Shown: one piece after another, positions 9,935 to 19,691 of the stretch | How the letters are laid out: every line of letters starts with the position of its first letter | Numbering within the stretch: the stretch's first letter is position 1 | Assembly: GCA_902385225.1 (NCBI GenBank) | Contig: CABMEU010000029.1 | Span: 41,065 to 105,064 of the forward strand | Length of the DNA stretch: 64,000 nucleotides | Source of the DNA: an uncultured archaeon | GTDB taxonomy: Archaea; Iainarchaeota; Iainarchaeia; Iainarchaeales; JAAZKV01 | Direction of reading: 5' to 3' | Notes under the pieces: generated by a model | Database searches by the model: none | What the model saw: the letters and a program-made list of their open reading frames with translations, nothing else | Told to the model about the DNA's origin: nothing | Translations under genes and position numbers: made by a program

Positions 9935-10711
9935 ATGGAAGAAATAACCCTTGTTGATGAGAATCAGAATAAGGTTTCTGCAATCATCTCAATTCCGCCT
10001 AATGCTAAATCAGTAGTTGCTCTGTCTCATGGTTTTGGCTCATGCAAGGAGAGAAAAAATTACAAAGAATTTGAGACAGAACTAAATGCTGTTGGGATTG
10101 GCACTGTAAGATATGATTATTATGGGCACGGCAAATTGTATTGTGATAACTCAAAAAAATCAACTTATTCAGTTACCAAAGATGTCACTTTGAGCAAAAT
10201 GGTGGCGAGTCTTAGAGAAGTTGTGTCTTATATTAAAAAAAAGGGGAATTATTCCATTGGTCTTATGGGGAATAGTTTTGGTGGATTGCTTTCACTTATT
10301 GTTGCATCACAAGATTCTAGCATAAAGGCGTTGGCTTTGAAATCTCCTGTTGTTGAGCCGATAAGCTTTTGGCAAAATAGATTGGGAGATAAGAGAATTA
10401 AAGATTGGGAGAAAAAAGGCATTATGCATTGGGGCTGCGTTGGCGAGGATTTTGATTTAGAGTTTGATTTTTGGAAAGACCTTCAGGCGTATGATACTCT
10501 AACTTTAGCAAAACAAATGCGCTGTCCGGTTTTGATTGTTCATGGCGGTGCTGATACAATTGTGCCGATAAAACAAAGCCAAGCTCTTGCAAAAATCCTT
10601 GGTGTGCAAGTGCGTGTAGTAGCTGGCGCAGATCATGACTATGAAACTACAAAACAGCACAATGAAATGAAAAGTGCAATTGAGGAATTTCTTAAAGAAA
10701 AACTAGTTTAG
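9935..10711 (+). CDS. Alpha/beta hydrolase
   Basis: HGFG, GNSFGG nucleophile elbow, HGGADTIVP, GADH. Confidence 0.9.
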   Translation: MEEITLVDENQNKVSAIISIPPNAKSVVALSHGFGSCKERKNYKEFETELNAVGIGTVRYDYYGHGKLYCDNSKKSTYSVTKDVTLSKMVASLREVVSYIKKKGNYSIGLMGNSFGGLLSLIVASQDSSIKALALKSPVVEPISFWQNRLGDKRIKDWEKKGIMHWGCVGEDFDLEFDFWKDLQAYDTLTLAKQMRCPVLIVHGGADTIVPIKQSQALAKILGVQVRVVAGADHDYETTKQHNEMKSAIEEFLKEKLV

Positions 10712-10716
10712 TATTA

Positions 10717-11007
10717 TTACGGAAGCGTAAACAACTGGTCATCCGTAGCTTCAAACACTTTTGCCCTTACTCCCGCATCAAGCCATGCGTGGGCGTAGGA
10801 GAATGCGGCGAGAGAGGTGAGTAAATTTCCATGTTCCTTGAAGTATTTGGCGTCATTAAAGTAATTCTTTGCCATTGAGAGAAAATCCTCCGCAATCGCT
10901 TTGTCCTTCGCATCAAGTCCTTTCTTTAATTTAATTTCTTTAAGTCCCTTCGCGGTGAGTTTCTCGTATTTCTCAACTTTTTCCTTAAGTTCTTTCTCAG
11001 TAACCAT
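10717..11007 (-). CDS. DUF357 protein
   Basis: MAKNYFNDAKYF...SYAHAWLDAG; usual neighbour of dph5. Confidence 0.85.
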   Translation of the reverse strand: MVTEKELKEKVEKYEKLTAKGLKEIKLKKGLDAKDKAIAEDFLSMAKNYFNDAKYFKEHGNLLTSLAAFSYAHAWLDAGVRAKVFEATDDQLFTLP

Positions 11008-11020
11008 TCTCTTCACCAAA

Positions 11021-11788
11021 TTAATGTAACTTTTCAAGCGCTTCCTTTTCTTTCTCATTAGTTTTTCCCAAAACAATTAAACTTTGCGGGAAAATATAAT
11101 GAATTTCCTTAAACTCGCGGATATTTTTCTCTCCATTAAGGATTTTTTGTTTTTCAGAGCCCATTCCCATTAGCGCAACATATTCAAATCCTTTCTTCTT
11201 CACGGTTTTCTTTTTCTCTTTTCCAGCAATCTTTTCAAGAACCTCAATCGCTTCAATTGCGTTCATCATTCTTTGTGGTGTTTCATCCTTCTTAATATCA
11301 AGTAAGCATAATGTGTGTAACCCTATTTTCTGGTTCGCAAGAATTTGTTTGTAAAAAGTATCAGGCTCATAATTTGGCGCGTGGTAGCAAATTGTTACGG
11401 TTCTCCCGAACTTGTACTCATCCAAACCCGATTCAGCAACAAAATTGGTAATTGAAATTCCAGGTATTACTTTTGTTTTTATTCCCTTTTCCTTCGCATC
11501 AAGGAGTAATTGTATGTGTGTTGTTGCGGTGAGTGGGTTACCAAACACAAGGAGCGCAATATTATTTGAACTCGCAGAAAGCAGCGCGCTTTCAAAATTC
11601 TCTTCAACACCCTTTCTACCAAGTTCCAAAAAATCTCTTCCGATTAATTCCTTTAAATCCTTAGTGAACCCTTGCGCGTATTGTGAGGTATAAGTTTCAA
11701 GGAATACCGAATCACACTTCTTTATCGCCTCAAGTGCCTCAATCGTCAAGTGTGAGGGTTTTAGCCCGAGTCCAATCAAATATAACAT
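11021..11788 (-). CDS. dph5: Diphthine synthase
   Basis: MLYLIGLGL, ETYTS, ATTH, YKFGRTVT, GLHTLCLLD. Confidence 0.95.
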   Translation of the reverse strand: MLYLIGLGLKPSHLTIEALEAIKKCDSVFLETYTSQYAQGFTKDLKELIGRDFLELGRKGVEENFESALLSASSNNIALLVFGNPLTATTHIQLLLDAKEKGIKTKVIPGISITNFVAESGLDEYKFGRTVTICYHAPNYEPDTFYKQILANQKIGLHTLCLLDIKKDETPQRMMNAIEAIEVLEKIAGKEKKKTVKKKGFEYVALMGMGSEKQKILNGEKNIREFKEIHYIFPQSLIVLGKTNEKEKEALEKLH

Positions 11789-11846
11789 ATAAATCAAGTA
11801 ATTTATCTCCAGAAAAGTTTTAATACTGCCGAGCGGTGATTTAATC

Positions 11847-12305
11847 ATGATTAAAAGAAGAGTATCAGTGCGTGCTTTGGTAAGAAGAGGCGCTTTAGGG
11901 GGCGCGGTTAGTTTGGGAGAGGCGCGGGGCGGGGCTAATGGCGGGATGCGAAGCGAGTTAAGAGTTCACAATAAAAGCAGTTCTGATAATAAGGGTAGGA
12001 TTCCTTACAAAAGAGCTGTTATCAAATCCAAGCTGAATAGGGTTAGGAGAATAAGGAGTCCTGCGGAGCAGAGAATGGCACTTAGAATTGTTGAGTTAAT
12101 TAATTCCGGGAAGTATCCTCAAAGGGATGAAATTCTGAGACGCGCTGTGAGCACTTACAGAGCCCAATTTGTTTTTATTGAGGGGAATAAGAAAATCAGG
12201 TGGGACCCGCACCTCGCTTTTAAGGTTTATAAGAATCTAATCTCCTGGGGAGTAGTTACCGAGAAACCTTCCTCTCAAAAGTATGCTACTGTGACTAAGC
12301 GCTGA
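11847..12305 (+). CDS. Basic orphan protein
   Basis: 152-aa ORF, Arg-rich N-terminus MIKRRVSVRALVRR. Confidence 0.6.
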   Translation: MIKRRVSVRALVRRGALGGAVSLGEARGGANGGMRSELRVHNKSSSDNKGRIPYKRAVIKSKLNRVRRIRSPAEQRMALRIVELINSGKYPQRDEILRRAVSTYRAQFVFIEGNKKIRWDPHLAFKVYKNLISWGVVTEKPSSQKYATVTKR

Positions 12306-12362
12306 TTTTGGTGCGGGCATAATTTAGTTTAAAGAATCTTTTTTGTAAAAGAATGTTTTTTC

Positions 12363-13253
12363 TTATGCGAAACCTAATTTTAACAAACTCGCAAGTCCAG
12401 TGGCGAATCCGAGTATTGCGAGTATTACTTTAATGAACCCCGCAATATTTCTTTTCTCATTTATTTTTGCAAGCGTTTTGTGTTTCTTTATTTCTCCGTT
12501 CAGATAATCATCAAGGCTCCAGCAAATCAACAGGGCAAGAATTAATTTCGCTGAAATGAATAAAAGCGGGCTGATGTTTAAGAGAGCATTTGAGACAACG
12601 TGCTGTTCAGAGAAACTAAAATAAGTAATCGCAACACTGCTTGCGATTCCATCAATCCCCTGCCCAAGCACCACAAAAATATTTAATTTATCATTTAGTA
12701 TTTTGTATTTAGTAAATCGGTTTATTGCGGCGCACAACCCGTAGCACACGAGAAGGATTGCGATTGTTGTAAGTATTACTGCGCTCCAATTAGTGAATCT
12801 GGTAAGATTAAACAAAAGCGGAACAATTGCAACAATTACTCCAAACCTTGCGAGTGTTTTGTAATTAATTTCCTTTTTGTGCAATACTCCTGAGATGATT
12901 AATCCAATCACAACAAGAACAAAAGTAAGTATCCAAATTCCCGGGGTAAAAAACCAAAATCCAATTTCAAGCGGATTTGCAGTTTTTACGACCCCGCCAA
13001 GAACTAGCAGCCCGGCTTCAATTTGGTGCATTATTACTCTCATTGAGATTCCAAAAAGAATGTATGGGATTAGCGCAACAAAGAACTTTTTATCAAAAGT
13101 GATTTTCTTTCGCAGGGCGAGATAAATTATTGCACATGCAATAACAAGCAGTATCATATAAACCGCGGTGTTCACAAGGTTATACCCCTGCGTTTCAGGG
13201 CTTATGATGGGTTTAATGAAGTAATCGTAAACGAAACCGCTTGCTTCAACCAT
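12363..13253 (-). CDS. DUF63 family archaeal membrane protein
   Basis: GYNLVNT, FFTPGI, EQHVV, LGFATG motifs; multi-TM. Confidence 0.85.
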   Translation of the reverse strand: MVEASGFVYDYFIKPIISPETQGYNLVNTAVYMILLVIACAIIYLALRKKITFDKKFFVALIPYILFGISMRVIMHQIEAGLLVLGGVVKTANPLEIGFWFFTPGIWILTFVLVVIGLIISGVLHKKEINYKTLARFGVIVAIVPLLFNLTRFTNWSAVILTTIAILLVCYGLCAAINRFTKYKILNDKLNIFVVLGQGIDGIASSVAITYFSFSEQHVVSNALLNISPLLFISAKLILALLICWSLDDYLNGEIKKHKTLAKINEKRNIAGFIKVILAILGFATGLASLLKLGFA

Positions 13254-13305
13254 GCCAGATTTTAGTATAGGGTATGTTTAAATTATTGTTTTCTGAATGT
13301 TATTT

Positions 13306-14130
13306 ATGAATCTTAAAGAAGCATTAATCCAAAAGCTCCCCGCAAAGCTTGCGCCTTTCGCGCCTAAGGCATTTGATTCTTTTGGGAATATTGCGGTAAT
13401 GGAAATACCAAAGGAACTAAATAAGAAAAAGAAACTAATTGGCGAAACGCTTATTTCAATGAATCCAAGATTTGAAACGGTTTGTTCTATTGAAAGTGAC
13501 CATAAAGGAAAATTCCGCGTGCAGAAAGTAAAAGTAATTGCGGGAAAGAAGCAAACCATCGCGACTTACAAAGAATATGGGTGCACATTTCTAATTCCGC
13601 TTGGAAAAGTTTTCTTTTCGCCGAGATTGAGCGGAGAGCGGACAAGAATCGCCGGATTAATTCAGCCCGGAGAGATTGTTGGCGCATGGTTCTCGGGTGT
13701 CGGTCCTTACCCAATAATATTTTCCAAGCACTCAAAAATGCAGAGCGCGGTTGCGATTGAACTAAATCCATTCGGGCATAAGTACGCGAAGAAGAATGCT
13801 GAGTTAAATAAAGTAAAAAATGTTGAATTCGTTAAGGGGGATGTGAAGAAGGTTTACAAGAAATTCAAACAAAAGTTTGACAGAATCGCGATGCCTCTCC
13901 CGCACACTGGATACCAATTCCTAAAAGAAGCATTTTATTGCGCAAAGCCTGGTGCGGTGATTCACATGTATGAAATTATTCACAAAGGGGATTATTCTCT
14001 TCCAGAATCACAAATTATGGGCGAAGCAAAAAAAGCAAAGCGCAGAGTAGAGATTATTTACAAAAATAAGGTTCGCGAGTTCTCCCCCACAAAAGAGCAG
14101 GTTGTTTTTGATATTTTGGTGCTTGATTAG
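13306..14130 (+). CDS. Trm5/Taw2 (Met-10+) family tRNA methyltransferase
   Basis: FDSFGNIA, KVFFSPRLSGER, FSGVGPY, ELNP, DRIAMPLP. Confidence 0.88.
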   Translation: MNLKEALIQKLPAKLAPFAPKAFDSFGNIAVMEIPKELNKKKKLIGETLISMNPRFETVCSIESDHKGKFRVQKVKVIAGKKQTIATYKEYGCTFLIPLGKVFFSPRLSGERTRIAGLIQPGEIVGAWFSGVGPYPIIFSKHSKMQSAVAIELNPFGHKYAKKNAELNKVKNVEFVKGDVKKVYKKFKQKFDRIAMPLPHTGYQFLKEAFYCAKPGAVIHMYEIIHKGDYSLPESQIMGEAKKAKRRVEIIYKNKVREFSPTKEQVVFDILVLD

Positions 14131-14213
14131 TTGTTTAGCTCTTCTTCTCATTTTTGCCCCCGCACCCTAACGCATTTAAATTGTTCTGGCTTTCAATTCC
14201 TTTGGTGAGCAAT

Positions 14214-14888
14214 ATGGCATTGAATTTGATTTTTTTGGGTCCCCCTGGAGCAGGGAAGGGAACTGTAGCGCAGGCGGTAATGGATAAGTATTCTTTAGTT
14301 CAATTATCTACGGGGGATTTGATTAGAGCGGAAGTTGCGAGCGGCTCTGAACTTGGCAAAAAACTTGGTGTGATAATTAACTCCGGCCAGCTTGTTGGCG
14401 ATGATTTGATGGCCCAGATGCTTGAGAAGGACCTCGCTAAGAAGGTTTCCCAAAAAACATTCAAAGGAATTATTCTTGATGGATTCCCAAGGACTCTTCC
14501 GCAGGCTGATATGCTTGAGAGTATATTAAAGAAACTCAAACAGAAACTAACAGCGGTTATTTATATTGAGTCCTCAAAGGAAAGCGTTGTTTATAGGCTT
14601 TCGTCAAGATGGTCCTGTTCAAAATGCAAAAAAGTGTATAATACAATTACAATGCCTCCAAAGAATGCGGGTGTTTGCGATGATGATGGGGCAAAACTTA
14701 CTCAGCGCGATGATGATAAGCCAGAAACAATCGGGAAGAGGTATGATACATTCATAGAAAAAACAAGCCCTTTGATTAATTACTACGAGAAAAAGGGATT
14801 GCTGCACAGATACGATGGTAATGTTCCTCCAGGACCATCAATTGCTGCCGCGGAAAAGATAATCGCGGGTATTGTGAAGAAGAATTAG
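14214..14888 (+). CDS. adk: Adenylate kinase (bacterial-type, with lid domain)
   Basis: GPPGAGKGT, STGDLIR, LDGFPRT, QRDDD. Confidence 0.95.
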   Translation: MALNLIFLGPPGAGKGTVAQAVMDKYSLVQLSTGDLIRAEVASGSELGKKLGVIINSGQLVGDDLMAQMLEKDLAKKVSQKTFKGIILDGFPRTLPQADMLESILKKLKQKLTAVIYIESSKESVVYRLSSRWSCSKCKKVYNTITMPPKNAGVCDDDGAKLTQRDDDKPETIGKRYDTFIEKTSPLINYYEKKGLLHRYDGNVPPGPSIAAAEKIIAGIVKKN

Positions 14889-14912
14889 TTTTGAGTGAAG
14901 TCATTGGGCTTA

Positions 14913-15569
14913 TTATAGCTCAATGCTTTCTCCACTTTTTAGGAATTTGTATTTCAGTTTATTCTTCTCAAGTTCTTGTCTCATCTTCTCAGCATCCCCC
15001 GGTAATTTTGGGTTATCATTGTGCATTGGAAGAACTAGTTCCGCTTCGGTTTCCTTTGCAAAGAGCGCGGATTCAAATGGCGACATGCATACTCCGTGGT
15101 TGTTGAATGGAAGCATTACAACATTACATTTGTATTCATTTGGGAAGCAAATAGTATCCGCAGTGTGGTAAATTCGTTTCTTTCCATTGTCAAGAATGAA
15201 TCCAATTCCCTCATTTACTTCTTTTCCGCCTTTTAGTAACGGGGTGTATCCATGTACCGCTTTAACCACTTCAACTCTTATTTTTCCAAGTACGCTGACG
15301 TCGCCCTCTTTTACTATTTCAAATTTTGTGTTAGGATAAAATGTAGCGACCTCGCGCGTGGAGAAAATTTTTGTTTTTGGCGAGAGTATTTTTTGAACCG
15401 CTTCCTCGCAAAAATGATCAAAGTGTTTGTGGGTAACAAGAACAAAATTCGGGTTCATCCATGCGTGAATAGTTTTTTCATCAAGAAGCAGAGCTCCAGG
15501 GTCAATTAGAATTTTTGTACCGCCCTCTTCAATCAGGAAGCAGGATTGCGCAAATTTTGTTAGTTTCAT
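14913..15569 (-). CDS. MBL-fold metallo-hydrolase
   Basis: LIDPG, THKHFDH, YHTADT, PMH. Confidence 0.9.
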   Translation of the reverse strand: MKLTKFAQSCFLIEEGGTKILIDPGALLLDEKTIHAWMNPNFVLVTHKHFDHFCEEAVQKILSPKTKIFSTREVATFYPNTKFEIVKEGDVSVLGKIRVEVVKAVHGYTPLLKGGKEVNEGIGFILDNGKKRIYHTADTICFPNEYKCNVVMLPFNNHGVCMSPFESALFAKETEAELVLPMHNDNPKLPGDAEKMRQELEKNKLKYKFLKSGESIEL

Positions 15570-15638
15570 AAGATAAAGACTTATGGGGAATGATTTTATT
15601 CTTATTTATCTGTATTTCAAAAGATATGTTACCAAGAT

Positions 15639-15851
15639 TTATTCTTTTAAAGATTTAAGTTTTTCAACTCTTGCCCTAAATTTTGCTTCCTTTGGAGAAC
15701 CAAATGTGGACCTGTTTAATCTAAATTCTGCGCTTTCTATTGCTCTTTGTAATTTTCTTCCGTTTTGGTTTCCTTTTAATTGGATGACCTTGCCAGGGGG
15801 GTTGCCTTTAATAGTTTTTTTTATTGGTAATAAGATTAATCTTCTTGGCAT
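15639..15851 (-). CDS. Small basic orphan
   Basis: MPRRLILLPIKK..., 70 aa, same strand as both neighbours. Confidence 0.5.
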   Translation of the reverse strand: MPRRLILLPIKKTIKGNPPGKVIQLKGNQNGRKLQRAIESAEFRLNRSTFGSPKEAKFRARVEKLKSLKE

Positions 15852-15863
15852 TAAATTCACCAG

Positions 15864-16574
15864 TTACTTAATCGCGTCCCAAATGATATTGTCCCTTGGG
15901 TTTACAACAATTCCTTTTTGAGTGATTTCGAGAGGGTGCGGGTTCTTGTCGTGTGTTGTTCCGCGCATCTTTCTGACAAATAAGCTTCTGTTTGGCGGGC
16001 TAAAATATAATGCAAGCACGCCGTCAACAACAAATTCCTCTACCCCGAATGCCGAGTAAACATTTTTGTTTGACTGGGTTTCTGATGTTAAAAGTGTAGT
16101 GCATCCGAATGTTTTGAGTCTGTCAGTAAGTTTGAATAGTGTTGTCCTTAGCATGCTTGTTTCCATGTACGCGCCAAACACAGTCGTGGAATCAATTACA
16201 AGTCTTTTTGCGTTAATTGATTCGACTTCTTTTGCGATTTCATCAAGCTGTTCGTTGAGTTTCTCTTCAACTCTTGTCCTATCCTTCATGAATTCCATGC
16301 TCAATCTGTAAATGTTAAACATTCCCTGGTCTTGTAAAGCTTTAATGTCCCATTGGAAGCTCTCCATGTTCCATGCGATATCGCGTACATTTCCCTCAAG
16401 TGTAACAAATAATCCGGGTTCGCCGTACTGTAGTCCGCCGTTGTATAAGTATTGTGTGGCAAGAATTGTTTTTCCAGTTCCTGGTCCGCCGGCAACAAGA
16501 ACATTGCTTCCTTTTGGAATTCCCCCGCTTAAGAGCTCATCAAGCCCCGGAATTCCTGTCTTTACTCGTTCCAA
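15864..16574 (-). CDS. KaiC/RecA-superfamily ATPase, single domain
   Basis: RVKTGIPGLDELL, GGPGTGKT, LVIDS, RKMRGT. Confidence 0.92.
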   Translation of the reverse strand: MERVKTGIPGLDELLSGGIPKGSNVLVAGGPGTGKTILATQYLYNGGLQYGEPGLFVTLEGNVRDIAWNMESFQWDIKALQDQGMFNIYRLSMEFMKDRTRVEEKLNEQLDEIAKEVESINAKRLVIDSTTVFGAYMETSMLRTTLFKLTDRLKTFGCTTLLTSETQSNKNVYSAFGVEEFVVDGVLALYFSPPNRSLFVRKMRGTTHDKNPHPLEITQKGIVVNPRDNIIWDAIK

Positions 16575-16703
16575 TTCAACACCTTTTTTCTGTTATAGTT
16601 AGCATTTTCATATATTTAAAGCTTCTTTGTGGGCGGTTAAAGCTTTGCGCTGATTTTTGGTGTTCTAATAAGAATTAAAAACAAGGGGAGACTTACTATT
16701 GTC

Positions 16704-17564
16704 ATGTCTAAGAGCAAGAAGAAAAAAGCAAAGAAATCAATCCCGATTTCAGAGAAGAAGCAGGGGGAGATTGTGGATAAAGTGATTTCGGAGCAGGAGC
16801 CAAAAATTGAGTTGCCCGCTCAAATCGAATCGGAAGTTTTGCCGATTGAGGAGGCTGAGTTTGAGCGTGATTATTCAAAAATGGATTTACTTGATTTAAT
16901 TGACCAGCCCGCGTGGAAAACAATTCTTCTAGACCTTGTTGAGACCGAAAAAATGGACCCGTGGAATATTGATGTTGTTGAGCTTGCGGAGAAATACTTA
17001 AAAAAAATTAATGAGCTTGAGGGGAATAATCTCCGTGTTCCCGCAAATGCTATCTTGGCATGCGCGATTTTAGTAAAAACAAAATCAAAGTATTTGCGTT
17101 TAAGTTCTCTTGATGATGAGGGCAAAGAAAAAGCCGTTCTTACTCCTGAGCAGCGCGCATTAATGCTGCAGGAAATTCCTGACCTTTTGAGCAACAGAAT
17201 GGCGAGAGAGGGAAGGATTACTCTTGATGAGCTTGTCACAAGCATTGAGGATATTATCCAGCGCACCACCCCGAAGAATAAGGCCGCAAGAAACATTCCA
17301 AGAATTGAGATTAATTTTGATTCATCCTCTATTGAGGAGAAAATAAAAGAAGTGTTTGATTTGATAAAACAAAGAGCTGACTCGCAGGGGATAGTATTGT
17401 TTAAGGATCTTGCGGGTTCAAGCGAAGTTGATGCGGTTGTTGAAACATTTATCCCGGTTCTATTCCTGATGAACAATGGAAAAATCCTCGCTTACCAGAA
17501 TGAGTTCTTCGGGGAGATTTTTGTTAAATTGCTTGAAGGGGTAGAGACAGTGCAAGAGCAGTGA
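16704..17564 (+). CDS. scpA: Segregation and condensation protein A (kleisin)
   Basis: MDPWNIDV, ITLDELV, FIPVLFL, QNEFFGEI. Confidence 0.9.
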   Translation: MSKSKKKKAKKSIPISEKKQGEIVDKVISEQEPKIELPAQIESEVLPIEEAEFERDYSKMDLLDLIDQPAWKTILLDLVETEKMDPWNIDVVELAEKYLKKINELEGNNLRVPANAILACAILVKTKSKYLRLSSLDDEGKEKAVLTPEQRALMLQEIPDLLSNRMAREGRITLDELVTSIEDIIQRTTPKNKAARNIPRIEINFDSSSIEEKIKEVFDLIKQRADSQGIVLFKDLAGSSEVDAVVETFIPVLFLMNNGKILAYQNEFFGEIFVKLLEGVETVQEQ

Positions 17565-18079
17565 TTTTTGTGGGTCTAAAGTTTCCAAAATTCCATCCTC
17601 CGATAAACCCCACGTTTACTTCCGCCTCTGAACCTAAAACCAGAATCTCCGGCTCTTTTGCGGTTACGAAATTATTTAGGTCACTGATTAGAAAAAACAG
17701 GTGGCTTAAAGCAACAAGAATTTTACGCCAAAGGGCAAAAGAAGAGCAAGCGAATAAAGTTAGTAATGGGGGCAATAAGCATACTCAAACAAAAGGCGCC
17801 GCAAAAGGAGCAAGAGCATCAACGATTGTTGCGCAAAAGCGTAAAGCGGATTTGGATAGATTGAACAAAGCACTTTCTGATTTGAAAAATGAAATTGTCG
17901 CAGGGAGAGTAAAGCCTTTTGCTTCAATGGAATCTATTGCCTGGCATCTTGAGAAGAACCCTCAATTGAAAATGGGTTCAGTGCGAATCAGAGGTTTACT
18001 AGAAACAGAAAAAATTAATCTCTCTGGATTGAGAGTTTCCCGCAGTGAAGTTCTTAGGCGCGCGAGGCTAAAAAGCTGA
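17561..18079 (+). CDS. Basic orphan protein
   Basis: 172-aa K/R-rich ORF overlapping the scpA stop codon. Confidence 0.55.
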   Translation: MIFVGLKFPKFHPPINPTFTSASEPKTRISGSFAVTKLFRSLIRKNRWLKATRILRQRAKEEQANKVSNGGNKHTQTKGAAKGARASTIVAQKRKADLDRLNKALSDLKNEIVAGRVKPFASMESIAWHLEKNPQLKMGSVRIRGLLETEKINLSGLRVSRSEVLRRARLKS

Positions 18080-18145
18080 AAACACGTTACTTTGGTTAAT
18101 CCTAACAGGTAATATTAAATACTTCTTTTTTCCTACTAGTCCCTG

Positions 18146-18871
18146 ATGAGCAAGAAGAAATCAGTTTCTGTTAAGAAAAAGAAGCGTTTCGCTGCCGAAA
18201 AGAAACTCTCAACAAAAGAGATGGGGTTTTTTCAGAGATTAAAGGATGTTTTGCCTGAGCAGCGCCCTGCGGCGAAAGAAACTGTGCGCGTGAAAACTTA
18301 CATTGTTGAAAAACCGGTTTATATTAACGCGGGAGAAAGAGGAAGGGTATCTCCTCCGCCGCAGAAATATGGGTTTGATGACGGAAAGAAATTTGATTCC
18401 AGAAAAAGCAGGTATGCGAAAAGAAGGGCGGAGAAAGAAATTGCTCCCGAAGATAATCCTGAGGAATTTAATGATGAGGGTCTCACCCAGCAGGATGAAT
18501 TGAGCGCGGGAGAGACTGAGGGAGAGGATGCGCTTGCCCAAGGTGATGAACAATTTGAAGAGGGGGCTGGCGCTGAGGGAGAAGCGCTTGAAGGAGAAGG
18601 GGAGTTTGATGATGGTGCTGAAGAGGGAGGGTCCGCAACTAGCTTAGATAATCCTCACCGAAGCAGGGTAATGTTTAACGGGATTTGGTGGAAGAGAGCA
18701 TTATTTTGGGGAATACTTGCTTGGCTAATAATTCTTGCTGGGGAAGTTGCTCTTCACGCGATTAATTTGGTTGATTTGAACTTGAACCGCCAATGGTGGG
18801 TGTTACTTGGAATAATTATTTTTATTTCTCTGATTTATCATGCTTTTTTTGCCGACAAGCACTTAATTTAA
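18146..18871 (+). CDS. Hypothetical protein: basic N-terminus, acidic middle, two C-terminal TMs
   Basis: Composition and hydrophobicity pattern. Confidence 0.65.
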   Translation: MSKKKSVSVKKKKRFAAEKKLSTKEMGFFQRLKDVLPEQRPAAKETVRVKTYIVEKPVYINAGERGRVSPPPQKYGFDDGKKFDSRKSRYAKRRAEKEIAPEDNPEEFNDEGLTQQDELSAGETEGEDALAQGDEQFEEGAGAEGEALEGEGEFDDGAEEGGSATSLDNPHRSRVMFNGIWWKRALFWGILAWLIILAGEVALHAINLVDLNLNRQWWVLLGIIIFISLIYHAFFADKHLI

Positions 18872-18886
18872 CGGCTGGCGGTTCTA

Positions 18887-19255
18887 ATGAAAGAAAAAAT
18901 CTTGGGTTTTAAGATTGAGTGGGGCAAAATCTCTTTTGACGGTTCTTCGCTTCGTGATATTATTTTTGCAGAAGGAAAAGTAGCTGAGAGGGATTATGAA
19001 AGGATAAGAGCAAAGTATGAGACAAGCCATGTTGTTGATGAAATTGAAGCGAGGCTTTTATTGAAAGGAAATCCTGCGGAAGTGATTATTGGGACAGGGT
19101 TCAGCGGTATGATAAAACTTACTCCCGAAGCAGAGTCGATTCTAAAACAAAAAACCGCGCTTATTGTGATGCTGTCTCCGCAGGCGATTGACCTGCTTAA
19201 TGATAAATTAAAAAGAAATATTCGTGTGAATGCGCTGATTCACACTACTTGCTAA
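18887..19255 (+). CDS. Mth938-like (DUF498) protein
   Basis: VIIGTGFSG and terminal ALIHTTC. Confidence 0.85.
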   Translation: MKEKILGFKIEWGKISFDGSSLRDIIFAEGKVAERDYERIRAKYETSHVVDEIEARLLLKGNPAEVIIGTGFSGMIKLTPEAESILKQKTALIVMLSPQAIDLLNDKLKRNIRVNALIHTTC

Positions 19256-19282
19256 AAATCTGCTTTTACTTAGCTAATACTC

Positions 19283-19531
19283 TTATTTGACTAATTTCTT
19301 CTTCTTGAGTTCTGATTCCATTTTCGGTCTGTCAAAGCCGATTATCACAGCGCCGTCAATATCAATTACTGGGACTCCCATCTGTCCGCTCTTATCAATC
19401 ATTTCTCTTGCTCTGTCCTGATTGATTCCTACATTAACATCCTCAAATTCCACTTTCTTCTCCTTAAGCCAGTTCTTTGCCATCACGCAGTAAGGACAAG
19501 TGCTTGTTGAATATACAATTACTTTAGACAT
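19283..19531 (-). CDS. Glutaredoxin (YruB/NrdH-like)
   Basis: CPYC, SGQMGVPVI, GFD. Confidence 0.92.
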   Translation of the reverse strand: MSKVIVYSTSTCPYCVMAKNWLKEKKVEFEDVNVGINQDRAREMIDKSGQMGVPVIDIDGAVIIGFDRPKMESELKKKKLVK

Positions 19532-19691
19532 ACTTCCACCCCGTTACTTGAGTTAGGACTTACTATTAGCGTGTTTTTTTAAACCTTCTGGTGGAGTCAG
19601 TTCATCCTTGATTGGGCGGCATAAATTTTGCCGGTATATTTTACGCTTACAATATTAAATCTATTTATCGCTTATTTGTAAGTGATAACTA

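Noticed and set aside
15864-16574. Circadian clock KaiC
   Set aside because: Single-domain KaiC-like ATPases are common in archaea; no kaiA or kaiB present
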